Assembly: GCA_958296135.2 (NCBI GenBank)
Contig: CATQHZ020000001.1
Coordinates: 896,001-960,000 of the forward strand
Source of the DNA: an uncultured Poribacteria bacterium
GTDB lineage: Bacteria; Poribacteria; WGA-4E; WGA-3G
Length of the DNA stretch: 64,000 nt
Direction: 5' to 3'
This document shows positions 18,768 through 28,605 of this stretch, piece after piece (the stretch's first letter is position 1; the number at the start of each line of letters is the position of its first letter). A program made the position numbers and the translations under genes. The notes beneath the pieces are model-generated. The model made no database searches. It was not told the origin of the DNA and saw nothing but the letters and a program-made list of their open reading frames with translations.

Positions 18768-20624
18768 ATGCAGCTAGAGAAAATCATCCTCCGCGACTTC
18801 GGATGTTTTCAGGGCAACCGTGATTTTGAACTCACCGAGGGCATTAATCTCATTTTCGGGCCCAACTTTAGCGGGAAAAGCACGCTTGTCAATACCATCT
18901 TTTTTACGCTGACCGGCAGGCCGATTGTCCCGCGCGTGGAGACATCGGCGATTAGCCATCCGAATGCGCGAACTGGCACCGGCACCGCCGGGTTGCAATT
19001 CTCGGAGCACGGGAGTCAGTATCAACTTTTCCGCGGAACAGGAAAACGCATTCTGCTCCGCTCTCCGAGCGATGGCGGTTGGCAGATTCACTTTGACGAC
19101 AGCCGCGCCAGATTCGCCGCGTCCCAGTTGCAAGAACGGTTCGGCTTGTCACCTGAGCATCTCGCGCTCACGGCGTTTCTGCGCGAAGGCGAGATTTTTG
19201 AGTTCCTCGCGCGCCAGCCGGCAACCCGCCGCGATATTCTCTACGCGCTCCTCGGTATTGATAGGCTGATAGAGGTGCGCGAAAGGTTCATCGACGCGCG
19301 TCGCCTCGCTAAGCGGGAAGGGAACCGCATCCGTGGCCATCAAAATAGCCTCCGGCTCAAGGCGCAGAACCGCAACGAATCCGAAATCCAGAGGATTGAG
19401 GCGAAATTGAAGGAATGGGAGGCGGCATACGGCGCGGAGACAGGCAATGCGGAGTTAATCGCCGAGTGGATCCAGCACCGCGACCGGTTGCAAGCGCAAT
19501 TGGAGGAACTCACGCGCGAACAGGCGGAGATGCTGAGCGGTTTTGATGACATTAAGCAGATGCGCGAGATGAGCGCAAAGATCGAGACGGCCATTGCGGA
19601 ATCAACTGGGATAGAGGAAACGCGCGAAACTCTTATCCAGCAAATCGGCAGTCTGGAATCTCATATTGCGACGTTGACGACTGTCTGCAACACTCTCTGC
19701 GTACTCATTGACAGTGACGAAGGGCACTGCCCCACCTGTTATCAGAAGGTGGAGGCGGTAGTGGTGCAGCGCATCATTGCCGAGAAGGAGGCTGAAAAAT
19801 CGGAGTTGGGTGCCGAGTTGGCGGCGCAACAACAGCAGTTGGCAAAACAGACGGCTGAGCTGAAGAGCCGCCAGGCGTTGGAGCAGCGGCTCCAAACGAT
19901 GCAGGCGCGCGCGAATCGGTTTGAACAACTCGCGCGGGCACTCAGCGAAACGCAGGCGGAAATAGGCACACTGGCGGCTCGGTTAAAGGCGAGAGGTGTG
20001 GAGAATCGCGTGCAGGAGGACGCGCCTACCCGGCGGATAGATAAACGTCAATTGAAGACGCAAATTGACAACGAACGGCGGCGGCTTGACAGACTCAAGC
20101 AGGAAGAGGCGGTGCGCGTGGATAGGATGAACGAACTCCAGCGCGTCAACCGACAAGCCGACAACGCGGCACAGACGGTGCTCAGTCTCGAACTGGCTTG
20201 CGAGGGGATTGAGAAAACGATTGCAACCCTTCAGCGTCAAATTCTTCAGCCGGTTGAGGCAGAGCTGCAGGCGTGGCTGGAGCAGATGCAGCTGTTCGGC
20301 CGCACGCGTATTGACTTACAGAAACAACACCTGCTTCCCTCCCTCACGATAGACGGCGTGGATAGGAGTCTCATGTTGCTCAGCGGTAGCGAGAAGATGT
20401 TCCTCTATCTCTGCTTCAAGGTTGCGCTTTCCAAGGTGTTGGGCAACCCTGGATTCTTTGTGTTCGATGATCCGACGCTCCATTTAGACGGTGAGCGGAA
20501 GGCGTTGATGGTAGATTTCGTTCGGCAGCTTGCCGAAGAGCATCAGGTTATCGTGACGAGTTATGACGAAGCGGTGCGCGCCGGTTTGGAGGGCGCGAAC
20601 CTCATTGAAATGCACGCTTTGTAG
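18768..20624 (+). CDS. Rad50/SbcC-like SMC ATPase
   Basis: Walker A GPNFSGKST, coiled coils with central CPTC zinc hook, signature LSGSE, Walker B FVFDDP. Confidence 0.85.
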   Translation: MQLEKIILRDFGCFQGNRDFELTEGINLIFGPNFSGKSTLVNTIFFTLTGRPIVPRVETSAISHPNARTGTGTAGLQFSEHGSQYQLFRGTGKRILLRSPSDGGWQIHFDDSRARFAASQLQERFGLSPEHLALTAFLREGEIFEFLARQPATRRDILYALLGIDRLIEVRERFIDARRLAKREGNRIRGHQNSLRLKAQNRNESEIQRIEAKLKEWEAAYGAETGNAELIAEWIQHRDRLQAQLEELTREQAEMLSGFDDIKQMREMSAKIETAIAESTGIEETRETLIQQIGSLESHIATLTTVCNTLCVLIDSDEGHCPTCYQKVEAVVVQRIIAEKEAEKSELGAELAAQQQQLAKQTAELKSRQALEQRLQTMQARANRFEQLARALSETQAEIGTLAARLKARGVENRVQEDAPTRRIDKRQLKTQIDNERRRLDRLKQEEAVRVDRMNELQRVNRQADNAAQTVLSLELACEGIEKTIATLQRQILQPVEAELQAWLEQMQLFGRTRIDLQKQHLLPSLTIDGVDRSLMLLSGSEKMFLYLCFKVALSKVLGNPGFFVFDDPTLHLDGERKALMVDFVRQLAEEHQVIVTSYDEAVRAGLEGANLIEMHAL

Positions 20625-20647
20625 CACACAGGTGTAAGGGCGGGCCG

Positions 20648-20674
20648 GTAGGCGCGGTTTCAAACCGCGCCTAC
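20648..20674. repeat. REP-like palindrome gtaggcgcggtttcaaaccgcgcctac (variants at about 47108, 60939, 61781)
   Basis: Inverted repeat between convergent genes, beginning GTAG and ending CTAC. Confidence 0.75.
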
Positions 20675-20709
20675 CGAGGAAGGCACCGAGCCTCCAATAC
20701 GCCGCTTCT

Positions 20710-21645
20710 CTAATCACCGTGGAAGATGGAGAGCAGCATCCGTTCGACATGCCTTGGGAAGGACGTGTCATAATTTTGCCAGCTCGCGTACTGATCCAGT
20801 TTCAGCGTGTCTGGCAGTGTATCCACCAACCCGAATACCGCGAAGAAACCCTGCTGTGCTATTGCCTCGTTCATGGCGGCAAACGTCGCGTCATACAAAT
20901 CGTTGTAATACTGCGCGTTGTCGTAAAGCACCTGCGGGTCTGTTGAGACAGAGTGCGCGTTCACGGCATGCACCAGATCCCACTCGCTGATAGTGTTCAG
21001 AATATAGCGAACGCCGGTGAAATTCTTATCGTCAACCCAATTCTCGTGCGTCAGTTGCTTATCCTCGTACATATCGGCAGTTACCGCGATTTTTTCGTTG
21101 GGTAGATAGATAATGGTAGTCGCTTCGCCGTCACCGGGGCCTAAGTGGTGCAGTTCCACGGTTTTATCGCCGACAGGAATGCTCATGAGGTCGGTGAAGG
21201 TTTCGTCCAGTTCCGGCACATCGATCAAATCCGACAGCGCGAAAATAGGCAGGCAGTTGACATGTCCGTAGACTGTCGCTTCTGGGAATATGCCTGTGCC
21301 GCCGACGTGGTCATAGTGCTCATGCGTCAGCACAATGTCGGTAACCGGATTCTCGGTGAGCGTTGCGATATAGGCGGCTAGTTTTTGCGCCCGGCCGTCA
21401 TTTTGCGGATCGGTGATGAGCACATCCTGGCCGGAAATCACCACCAAGCTGCTGCCAAAATCACCGAACCACTGATACACACCGTCGGCGAGTTCTTTGG
21501 TAATTGCGTCAGAGCCTGCCGGTGCCTCTTCCGCGGTAGCCTGCGCCATCATTGTTTCCGGGGCCCGACTGCAACCGCTGAAAGCGATAACAGTTAGCAG
21601 GATACTAAAAAGGGCTAAACTCAGCCCTACGTTAAACTTTTTCAT
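20710..21645 (-). CDS. MBL-fold metallo-hydrolase, probable lipoprotein
   Basis: Lipobox-like FSGC; THEHYDHVGG metal motif. Confidence 0.8.
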   Translation of the reverse strand: MKKFNVGLSLALFSILLTVIAFSGCSRAPETMMAQATAEEAPAGSDAITKELADGVYQWFGDFGSSLVVISGQDVLITDPQNDGRAQKLAAYIATLTENPVTDIVLTHEHYDHVGGTGIFPEATVYGHVNCLPIFALSDLIDVPELDETFTDLMSIPVGDKTVELHHLGPGDGEATTIIYLPNEKIAVTADMYEDKQLTHENWVDDKNFTGVRYILNTISEWDLVHAVNAHSVSTDPQVLYDNAQYYNDLYDATFAAMNEAIAQQGFFAVFGLVDTLPDTLKLDQYASWQNYDTSFPRHVERMLLSIFHGD

Positions 21646-21826
21646 TTGTCAATTTCCTTTCTTTAGACAGTGGAGGGACGCAGCACGTTTGGCGTTTGCG
21701 TCCGTCCTAGACATATAGATAGGGCTCCAACCCTGAAGAGATTGCGAGGAGAAGCCGGGATAACCTATGAACGGCTAGTCTCGCCTCTTCTGGAATTTCA
21801 AGCCCTGTTTGTTACTCCATCTTATT

Positions 21827-21856
21827 ATTATACACAAAATGTGAATTTAATGTCAA
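21827..21856 (-). promoter_or_regulatory. sigma70-type promoter for the MBL gene, followed by a structured leader
   Basis: TTGACA-18 bp-TATAAT on the minus strand. Confidence 0.6.
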
Positions 21857-22039
21857 GTTTTTTAAATTGTGAAATTGATTTGGTTAGTTCAGCCCGCTGT
21901 TTCTTACGGTGCCATGTTCGCGGGGGACGGTAGACATCTCTGCAGCGAGGCGGCAGAGATGACAAAGTTTCGGCGTAACGGCCCCCGCGCTACGGTGATA
22001 AGCGAGTTCTTGAAATTTTAGATGAGGATTAGAAATTTG

Positions 22040-23629
22040 ATGAACGTTACGCCGCAAGTCAACACCTTCTACTACGGCGACTGCTTGGAAGTCATGCGTG
22101 GCTGGGGTGACAGTGGGGTAGACGTGGTCTGTCTGGATCCGCCGTTTAACTCCAACGCTGACTATAACATCATCTACGGCACGCACGGCGCGGGCACTCG
22201 CACGGCGCAGGTGCAGGCGTTTACGGATACGTGGGCATGGGATGAAGCCGCCATCTCGCGTGTGAACGACATTGAACTTGATGTGGCCCATCCGGCGCAC
22301 AGGGCCGTTATGGTTTTAAAAGCGGCACTGGGCGAATCGGGGATGCTCGCCTATACTAGTTATATGGCGGAACGCCTCGCCGAGATGCACCGGCTCCTGA
22401 AACCGACGGGTACTCTCTGGTTACACTGCGATGCGACAGCGAGCCACTATCTGAAAATCGCGCTCGATCTCCTGTTTGGCGCGCAGAATTTCTGCAACGA
22501 GATTATGTGGCAGAAGACGAACTCGCCGAAACCGCAGGCATCTGTCTTCGGCGTGCAAAAGGATACGATTTTTCTTTATGCCAAAGATGCGGCGCAGATG
22601 AAGTTTAACAACGTCTATCGCGCGCACGATGAGAAAGCGTTGAAATCCTATCGTTACGATGATAATGATGGCAGGGGACTTTACTGCACGGTTTCGATTG
22701 AGGCGTATGGCCTGCAAAGGGCTGCCGGGCGGAATCAGTTTGAGTTTAAGGGGCGCGTCGCGCCTTATCTCTACAGTCTGGAACGCTTGCAAGCATGGGA
22801 TGCAGATGGGCGCATCCACACCTCGCGGAATGGGTTGCATCGTAGGAAGCAATACTTAAGTGAAAGTCCGGGCATCGTCGTGTCCGATATTTGGACTGAC
22901 AGCGATGTCAACCCTATTCAGGGGAAAGAGAGGTTGTATCCGACGCAGAAACCGTTAGCGTTACTGGAGCGCATCATTAGGGCATCGACGGATGAGGGAG
23001 ATATTGTGCTGGATCCGTTTTGTGGTTGCGGCACGACAATCGTCGCCGCGCACAAACTTAACCGGAAGTGGCTCGGGATAGATATTTCGCCGTTTGTGGT
23101 TGACATTATTGAGACGCATCGGTTCGGCGGCATGAAGTTGAACACCGCTGGCCTTCCTACTGACATGGAGAGCGCGAAGAAGTTCGCGCGCGAGCAACCG
23201 TTCCATTTTGAGGCATGGGCAGTGACACGCGTGCCGGGGCTCGCCGCCAACCAAACCCGGGGCGGCGACGGCGGCATTGATGGGCGTGGGATGCTTGTCA
23301 CGAAACCGGACGGTGCTGCGTCCGATGTTGTCTTGGCTCAGGTGAAAGGGGGCCGATTCCACTTGAGTCATCTTCGAGAATTCTTGTGGTTGATGGAACG
23401 CGAGCAGGCCCTCCTCGGCGTTTTTATCACGTTAGAGCCGGTCACGTCATCTCAAGCGAAATCGGAGGTAGCGCGGCTTGGGGAGTTAACTATTGACGCG
23501 TCGGTGTATCCGCGCGTGCAATCCTGGTCTGTCTGCGATTATTTTGATGGCCGTTTCCCGCGGCTGCCGCCGATGAACGATGCGTATACGGGTAAGCCGC
23601 TGCAGACAGTGCTGCCGCTGGGGTTGTAA
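22040..23629 (+). CDS. Second beta-class DNA methyltransferase with C-terminal Mrr-like domain (paralog of 16208-17719)
   Basis: DPPFNS, YPTQKP, DPFCGCGTT, GGDGGIDG, QVKGG. Confidence 0.88.
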   Translation: MNVTPQVNTFYYGDCLEVMRGWGDSGVDVVCLDPPFNSNADYNIIYGTHGAGTRTAQVQAFTDTWAWDEAAISRVNDIELDVAHPAHRAVMVLKAALGESGMLAYTSYMAERLAEMHRLLKPTGTLWLHCDATASHYLKIALDLLFGAQNFCNEIMWQKTNSPKPQASVFGVQKDTIFLYAKDAAQMKFNNVYRAHDEKALKSYRYDDNDGRGLYCTVSIEAYGLQRAAGRNQFEFKGRVAPYLYSLERLQAWDADGRIHTSRNGLHRRKQYLSESPGIVVSDIWTDSDVNPIQGKERLYPTQKPLALLERIIRASTDEGDIVLDPFCGCGTTIVAAHKLNRKWLGIDISPFVVDIIETHRFGGMKLNTAGLPTDMESAKKFAREQPFHFEAWAVTRVPGLAANQTRGGDGGIDGRGMLVTKPDGAASDVVLAQVKGGRFHLSHLREFLWLMEREQALLGVFITLEPVTSSQAKSEVARLGELTIDASVYPRVQSWSVCDYFDGRFPRLPPMNDAYTGKPLQTVLPLGL

Positions 23630-23657
23630 AGACTCTATTGGAAAGGAAGTGATTCGT

Positions 23658-23828
23658 ATGAGTAAGAATGACATAAGTCGGGACAAGCAGAGCAAATCAA
23701 GTGCCGAGAAACGGGCGGCTTACTATCGCCGGCGCGAGGCCGAAGCCAAGGCAAATGAAGAGAAAATCGCTCGGATAATTGCTGAAATAGAAGCCCGCAG
23801 ACGCGCATTGAAGGCTCAGCAAGAATAA
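23658..23828 (+). CDS. Small basic coiled-coil hypothetical protein
   Basis: AAAGGAAG RBS; 56 aa, helical composition. Confidence 0.45.
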   Translation: MSKNDISRDKQSKSSAEKRAAYYRRREAEAKANEEKIARIIAEIEARRRALKAQQE

Positions 23829-23836
23829 ACCGCCCG

Positions 23837-25255
23837 CTAAAACCGTTTCAGGTAAATATCCCCATTATCCCGCTGGGTGTTACTCCAGACGACAGCCCAA
23901 TGGCTGTCCCCGACGGAGACGACAAACGGCGGGTAATGCTTGCCCTCGCGGGTGGAGATAGGCTGCCCGTTCTCTTCCCACAGCGTGTTGCCATCTATGT
24001 CGATTTGCTGTCCGTAGATGGCATCGCTGCTCTCTTCGCCGAAGTCCTCGCGGTAATCGAGCCACGCGATGAAGAACCGATTCTCTGCCGTGCGCACGAT
24101 GAACGGCTTGTCCTGATGCCCACCGGCGGTGCAGAGAGGCGTGCCATTTTTCTCCCAAACAGCTGTTCCATCTGCACGGATGCGCTGCATATAAAGGTCT
24201 GCATAGACATCGCGTTCGTCGCGCCAAACGGCGAGGAAGCCGCCACTTCCATCACTGACGACAGAGGCATGCTTCTGAATTCCCGGTGCGGTGCATAAAG
24301 CGATGCCGTTTTCGCCCCATAACTTGCTACCGTCGGGTGCAATGCGCTGCGCGTAGAGTTCGTCGTTAATGAAATTTTCATACACTTGCCAGAGGACGAT
24401 AATCCCGCCGTCGCCATCGGTAATCACGCGCGGTTCACCTTGTATCCCTTCTTGTGGAGAGACAAGGTGCGGTGTATCCCACAGCGGTTTTCCGTCAAAA
24501 CTGAGTCGATACGCCATGATGTGCCAGGCATCGTATCCGATAACGTCCCACCACACGACATAAAAGCCGTCCATCCCATCAGCGATGAGAATCGGATCGC
24601 TTTGAAGTGATTCTGAGGGAAAGACAGGGATACCGTCAGTCTCCCACATCGGTTGCCCTGTTGGGCTAATCCGTTGAATGTAGAGCTCTTGGAATTCGGA
24701 GCTCTGTCGTTCATCTTCCCAAACGCAGATTGCTCCGCCTTGTCCATCGCTCAGTATTGCCTGCGTGGACTGGTCTGCAGCGTTCGTGCAGACAGGGATG
24801 CCATCGGTTTGCCACAGTCTTTCTCCTGCGAGGTTGACTGCTTGCGCGTAGATGTCCCAGCTCGTCCGGTTGCGTCTGTCATTCCAGACGACAATTGCGT
24901 GTGTGTCATGCCGAATGGTTCGCAAGCGTCGTTGGTTTCTATCTGCGCGACAGAGGGGTGTGCCATCGGCTTTCCAGATTGCGGTGCCGGTGTTATCGAT
25001 GCGCTGTGCGTAAACGTCCCAGTCCTTGCCGGTGCGGTAGTCTTCCCATATCACGATAACGCCGCCGTCGCCATCGTCGACTACCCACGGCAAGAACTGC
25101 CCATCCACCGCGGTTGAAACGGCGATGTTGGCATCCTCGGCTGGTGCAGAAATGCATAGGCAAAGCATGGCTATGGATAAAATGGGCGCGGCGCGGCGCA
25201 GCCAGGGCCGCCAGGGCCGCCAGGGCCGCCAGAGGTGCGCGAGTTTTCCACTCAT
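23837..25255 (-). CDS. Secreted repeat protein, probable beta-propeller
   Basis: Signal peptide; about 7 repeats of DG.GG..V.W.D.R....DIY.QRI...G...W...G.P; ATGA overlap with the SixA stop. Confidence 0.7.
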   Translation of the reverse strand: MSGKLAHLWRPWRPWRPWLRRAAPILSIAMLCLCISAPAEDANIAVSTAVDGQFLPWVVDDGDGGVIVIWEDYRTGKDWDVYAQRIDNTGTAIWKADGTPLCRADRNQRRLRTIRHDTHAIVVWNDRRNRTSWDIYAQAVNLAGERLWQTDGIPVCTNAADQSTQAILSDGQGGAICVWEDERQSSEFQELYIQRISPTGQPMWETDGIPVFPSESLQSDPILIADGMDGFYVVWWDVIGYDAWHIMAYRLSFDGKPLWDTPHLVSPQEGIQGEPRVITDGDGGIIVLWQVYENFINDELYAQRIAPDGSKLWGENGIALCTAPGIQKHASVVSDGSGGFLAVWRDERDVYADLYMQRIRADGTAVWEKNGTPLCTAGGHQDKPFIVRTAENRFFIAWLDYREDFGEESSDAIYGQQIDIDGNTLWEENGQPISTREGKHYPPFVVSVGDSHWAVVWSNTQRDNGDIYLKRF

Positions 25256-25749
25256 TCGGGGAACAGCGTTTTGGGTGTCCATAAGTTTACCAATGTTCCC
25301 ACCCTATCGTGGAGTTGTTCCCACTTTTCGATAGGGAACTCAAGGTGGGCGATTGCCGCGGTAGACAGTTTTCTATATTTCTCTACCGCTAACAGCAGGA
25401 ACACTTCCAGGTGCGGGGCATGCCCGATGACAAGGACGCGTTGATACTTGTTCGGCAGTGCCTCCAAGATTTTATCGTAAACCCTTGGATGTTCGTCATA
25501 AAACATATACACCAGTTCGGGTTCTCCGTCATAGTGACATGCTTTCGCGACTTCATAGGCGGTGTCTCTGGCGCGCTTCGCCGATGAACTGAGGATGAGA
25601 TCGGGCGTTAACCCTTGTTGGTGCAGGTGTTCGCCCATCCGCGGCGCATCACGCCACCCACGTTTGTTGAGCGGCCGCTCATAGTCTGAAAGTTCTGGAT
25701 TATCCCAGCTGGACTTAGCGTGCCGCATTATCAGAAGCGTTTTCATCAT
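25252..25749 (-). CDS. sixA: SixA-type phosphohistidine phosphatase
   Basis: LLIMRHAKS, RPL..RG, SS.A.RA..T, VIGH.P. Confidence 0.85.
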   Translation of the reverse strand: MMKTLLIMRHAKSSWDNPELSDYERPLNKRGWRDAPRMGEHLHQQGLTPDLILSSSAKRARDTAYEVAKACHYDGEPELVYMFYDEHPRVYDKILEALPNKYQRVLVIGHAPHLEVFLLLAVEKYRKLSTAAIAHLEFPIEKWEQLHDRVGTLVNLWTPKTLFPE

Positions 25750-26008
25750 GCATTCCTTTCTAAATTTGTTAGGCCTGACGCAGAAACGGGCCCCGTCGGC
25801 GCGCTGTGATAGCGCGCGGGTACAAATCGCTACGTAAGTCCTACTGACTGTATGTCACAAATTATAGCAGAATTCGGCGTGGAAGTCAACTTAAAAATTT
25901 TCTTGCATTCCGCGCGTTTTTGTGGTATTATTTTAATGTGAAGGCTTGTCAACGTTTTCAGCGGCAGATTCGTTAACGCGTTCGTAAATACACTTCAGAG
26001 GAGATAAA

Positions 26009-26821
26009 ATGATGTTTGCCAAAATCAACGAATTCATGAGAATCTTGAGAGCGGCGTGCTACCTGCTGCCAGCGATGCTCATCCTCGGGCTTTACGGGTG
26101 TTACATCGATGCCAACGACACGAACGATGACGAACCGCCCGCTGTGCCGCGCGGCGTTTTCACCACGACAGGCGACGAACAGGTCAGCGTGGAGTGGTAT
26201 CCGAACAACGAAGCTGACCTGGTGGGTTACCGGGTCTGGCGCGGAAACGATGGCACGAATTTTGACAATTTGTTAGCAGAAACGGCCGTGGCCCGCTACA
26301 TTGATACCGACGTGCGCAACGGCGAAACCTATTTCTACGCCGTTTCCGCCTATGATATTGATGGCAATGAGAGTGGGCTCAGCCCTGAAGACGCGCGGGA
26401 TACGCCGCGGCCCGAGGGACGCAACATCGTCCTTAACGACTACCAGGTCTTTCCCGGCCGAAGCGGCTTTGATTTCTCGCGGCCCGACAAAGGGAGCATC
26501 CCGTGGGATACGTCCCAAACCGATTTCTACTTCGGCTTGGAGCCCGAAGTCAACGTCACGTATTTCTATTCCGATAACGAGACGCTGATGCAAGACCTGG
26601 GTTATCACGAGAGTTTTGACGATGTCGATGTCGTCCCCGAAGTTGGGTATACGACGTTATTCGTTGAGGCGATTGAAGGACATATCTACGCGCTTTACAC
26701 CCCCGATGGGAACTTCGCGAAGATCCGAGTTCGCGAAATGTCGGGCGACGAAGTCGTTTTTGACTGGGCATACCAGCCAGATCTGGATAATGTGCAACTT
26801 GCGCCGCCTTTGAACCGATGA
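26009..26821 (+). CDS. Lipoprotein with fibronectin type III-like domain
   Basis: LYGC lipobox; PPAVP, W....E.DL.GY.VWR, Y.D..V.NG.TY.YAVSAYD..GNES. Confidence 0.7.
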   Translation: MMFAKINEFMRILRAACYLLPAMLILGLYGCYIDANDTNDDEPPAVPRGVFTTTGDEQVSVEWYPNNEADLVGYRVWRGNDGTNFDNLLAETAVARYIDTDVRNGETYFYAVSAYDIDGNESGLSPEDARDTPRPEGRNIVLNDYQVFPGRSGFDFSRPDKGSIPWDTSQTDFYFGLEPEVNVTYFYSDNETLMQDLGYHESFDDVDVVPEVGYTTLFVEAIEGHIYALYTPDGNFAKIRVREMSGDEVVFDWAYQPDLDNVQLAPPLNR

Positions 26822-26929
26822 CTGTCGTGCGAGGGCGAGTTGTCCTTCGCGAATCCGCTGTGGGCCCTTCACCGTAGCGCGATGGAAAACCTGTCCCTCG
26901 CAAGGCTGTCCTTATAAAAGGAATTTCAG

Positions 26930-27586
26930 ATGAAAGCAAAACTAGTGCAATCTTTACCATTATGTTTCATACTCATTCTCATCGCGGTGATGACGCAAGG
27001 GGTGACACTCGCTGAGCCTACCGAAACCGCTATCGGCGACGAGGTTCTCCCCGGTGAGAAAGTTAAAACGCAACGTCAGAATTATCAGTTGTTCGCCTCA
27101 AGGCTGCCGGACGCGCCGCGGGCAGAACGCGTTTATCCGCTTTTCCGGGCGCACGCGCATCGGTATTACCCTGAACGCGATGCGCAAAAAGCGACTCGGT
27201 TATCGATGCTGATGCCCGGACTCGGCCAAGCTTACGCGGGGAATTACGGCAAAGCGAGTTTCTTCCTCGTTGCAGAGCTGGGGACATTCGCGCTTGCTGG
27301 CTATAACCTTGCGCGCGCCCTACACTACAACGACAGTGGCGGTTTTGAGACCGGATTCCACGACCCGAGGCTTGGCGAATTCTTAACCGCCGATCAGGCA
27401 CGTGTCCGCATGCGCAACCATACCGTCTTCAGCGGGCTGTTTCTCGTTACCGGCATCGGCTTGCATCTCTGGAACGTCTTTGATGCCGCGAAAACAACCG
27501 AGGCGTATAATAATCGAAGATTTTCCGTGCAAATGCAACAAAGAGATAGTGGGATGCATTCCGTTGTTTTCACGCATCAATTTTAA
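26930..27586 (+). CDS. Hypothetical exported/membrane protein (DUF5683-like)
   Basis: SML.PGLGQAY.G.Y.K motif; WNVFDA; C-terminal Phe. Confidence 0.55.
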   Translation: MKAKLVQSLPLCFILILIAVMTQGVTLAEPTETAIGDEVLPGEKVKTQRQNYQLFASRLPDAPRAERVYPLFRAHAHRYYPERDAQKATRLSMLMPGLGQAYAGNYGKASFFLVAELGTFALAGYNLARALHYNDSGGFETGFHDPRLGEFLTADQARVRMRNHTVFSGLFLVTGIGLHLWNVFDAAKTTEAYNNRRFSVQMQQRDSGMHSVVFTHQF

Positions 27587-27611
27587 AGGATGGGTTCCGG
27601 AGGTTACAAAT

Positions 27612-28604
27612 ATGCCTCATGCAACATTGGGTAGGCGCGATGTAGCGCGCTGCTTGCGAGCGCGTCGTACAACGCCAATAGCGAAGCGTTTACTGATTTT
27701 TCTCGTAGTCGTTGGCATCTTTGCGGTATCGCTAGGTGCAGTGGCACGTCGCGGACAAATCGTCTCTCCGTCGTCCTCGCGAGCATCGGAAGCCGTTCCT
27801 CTTCGTGAAAGTGTTGCGGAGAGTCTGGTTGCGGTTGAGAACACAGATTCATCCCCTTTTCAGGTGGGTGAGAAGTTAACTTATAAAGTCAAGTTGCGCA
27901 GGTTACCCGCTGGTAAGCGGGTAGATAACGTCGTCCAAAAGACGACGGTGAACGGGCAGCGTGTCTATCATATCCGCTCCGAGGCGCGAACGAAATCTAT
28001 TTTTCGGCTCTATCACTTCCGGAACGAGCAAGAAACGTATATTTTGCGGCGTGGGCAAGTCTCCGAATCGTTATTGCGAGTTGGGGCATCAGACGTGGGT
28101 TTTTCGCCTGTGCGTTTTCGGAATCAGTTGGAGGATAGGAAGTACCGCGCCACCGTTATCGCGAATTTCCTTCAAACGCCGGGTGCGCAGCTGTCTGGCC
28201 CTGCGGGCGAGATAGCGTACGAGAAGATTTCTCGCAAGGACCCGGAATCGCCGCAGCGGCGCGAGAAAAAAACTTTAGCGATGCCCACCGGTACGCAGGA
28301 CGAGTTATCGATGCTCTATTTCCTGCGCGGTAAATGCCTCACGCTTGGAAAAACCTATTTTTTTCCGCTGCTGGCCAAAGGGAAAGTGCAGAAGGTGACG
28401 CTCACTGTTGAACGCCGGGACATCGTGAAGAATAAGGCGTTAGGCCCGGTGAGAACCCTCGTGTTGCGTACTTCAAACGGTTCGCGGCTGTGGTTGACTG
28501 ACGATTCGCGCCGTATCCCCGTCCAAATTGAGGCAACCAGCAAAATCGGCACAATGAAAGCCACCTTAGAGAAGGTAGAATTTTCCGTATCAAGACAGGA
28601 TTGA
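27612..28604 (+). CDS. DUF3108 family protein
   Basis: PFQVGEKLTY, QD.LS.LY.LR, LWLTDD.RRIPVQI; GGAGG RBS. Confidence 0.75.
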   Translation: MPHATLGRRDVARCLRARRTTPIAKRLLIFLVVVGIFAVSLGAVARRGQIVSPSSSRASEAVPLRESVAESLVAVENTDSSPFQVGEKLTYKVKLRRLPAGKRVDNVVQKTTVNGQRVYHIRSEARTKSIFRLYHFRNEQETYILRRGQVSESLLRVGASDVGFSPVRFRNQLEDRKYRATVIANFLQTPGAQLSGPAGEIAYEKISRKDPESPQRREKKTLAMPTGTQDELSMLYFLRGKCLTLGKTYFFPLLAKGKVQKVTLTVERRDIVKNKALGPVRTLVLRTSNGSRLWLTDDSRRIPVQIEATSKIGTMKATLEKVEFSVSRQD

Positions 28605-28605
28605 C

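Noticed and set aside
18768-20624. Rad50 as part of an archaeal-type herA-nurA-mre11-rad50 module
   Set aside because: It lies about 36 kb from herA-nurA, differs in base composition, and no mre11 is present.
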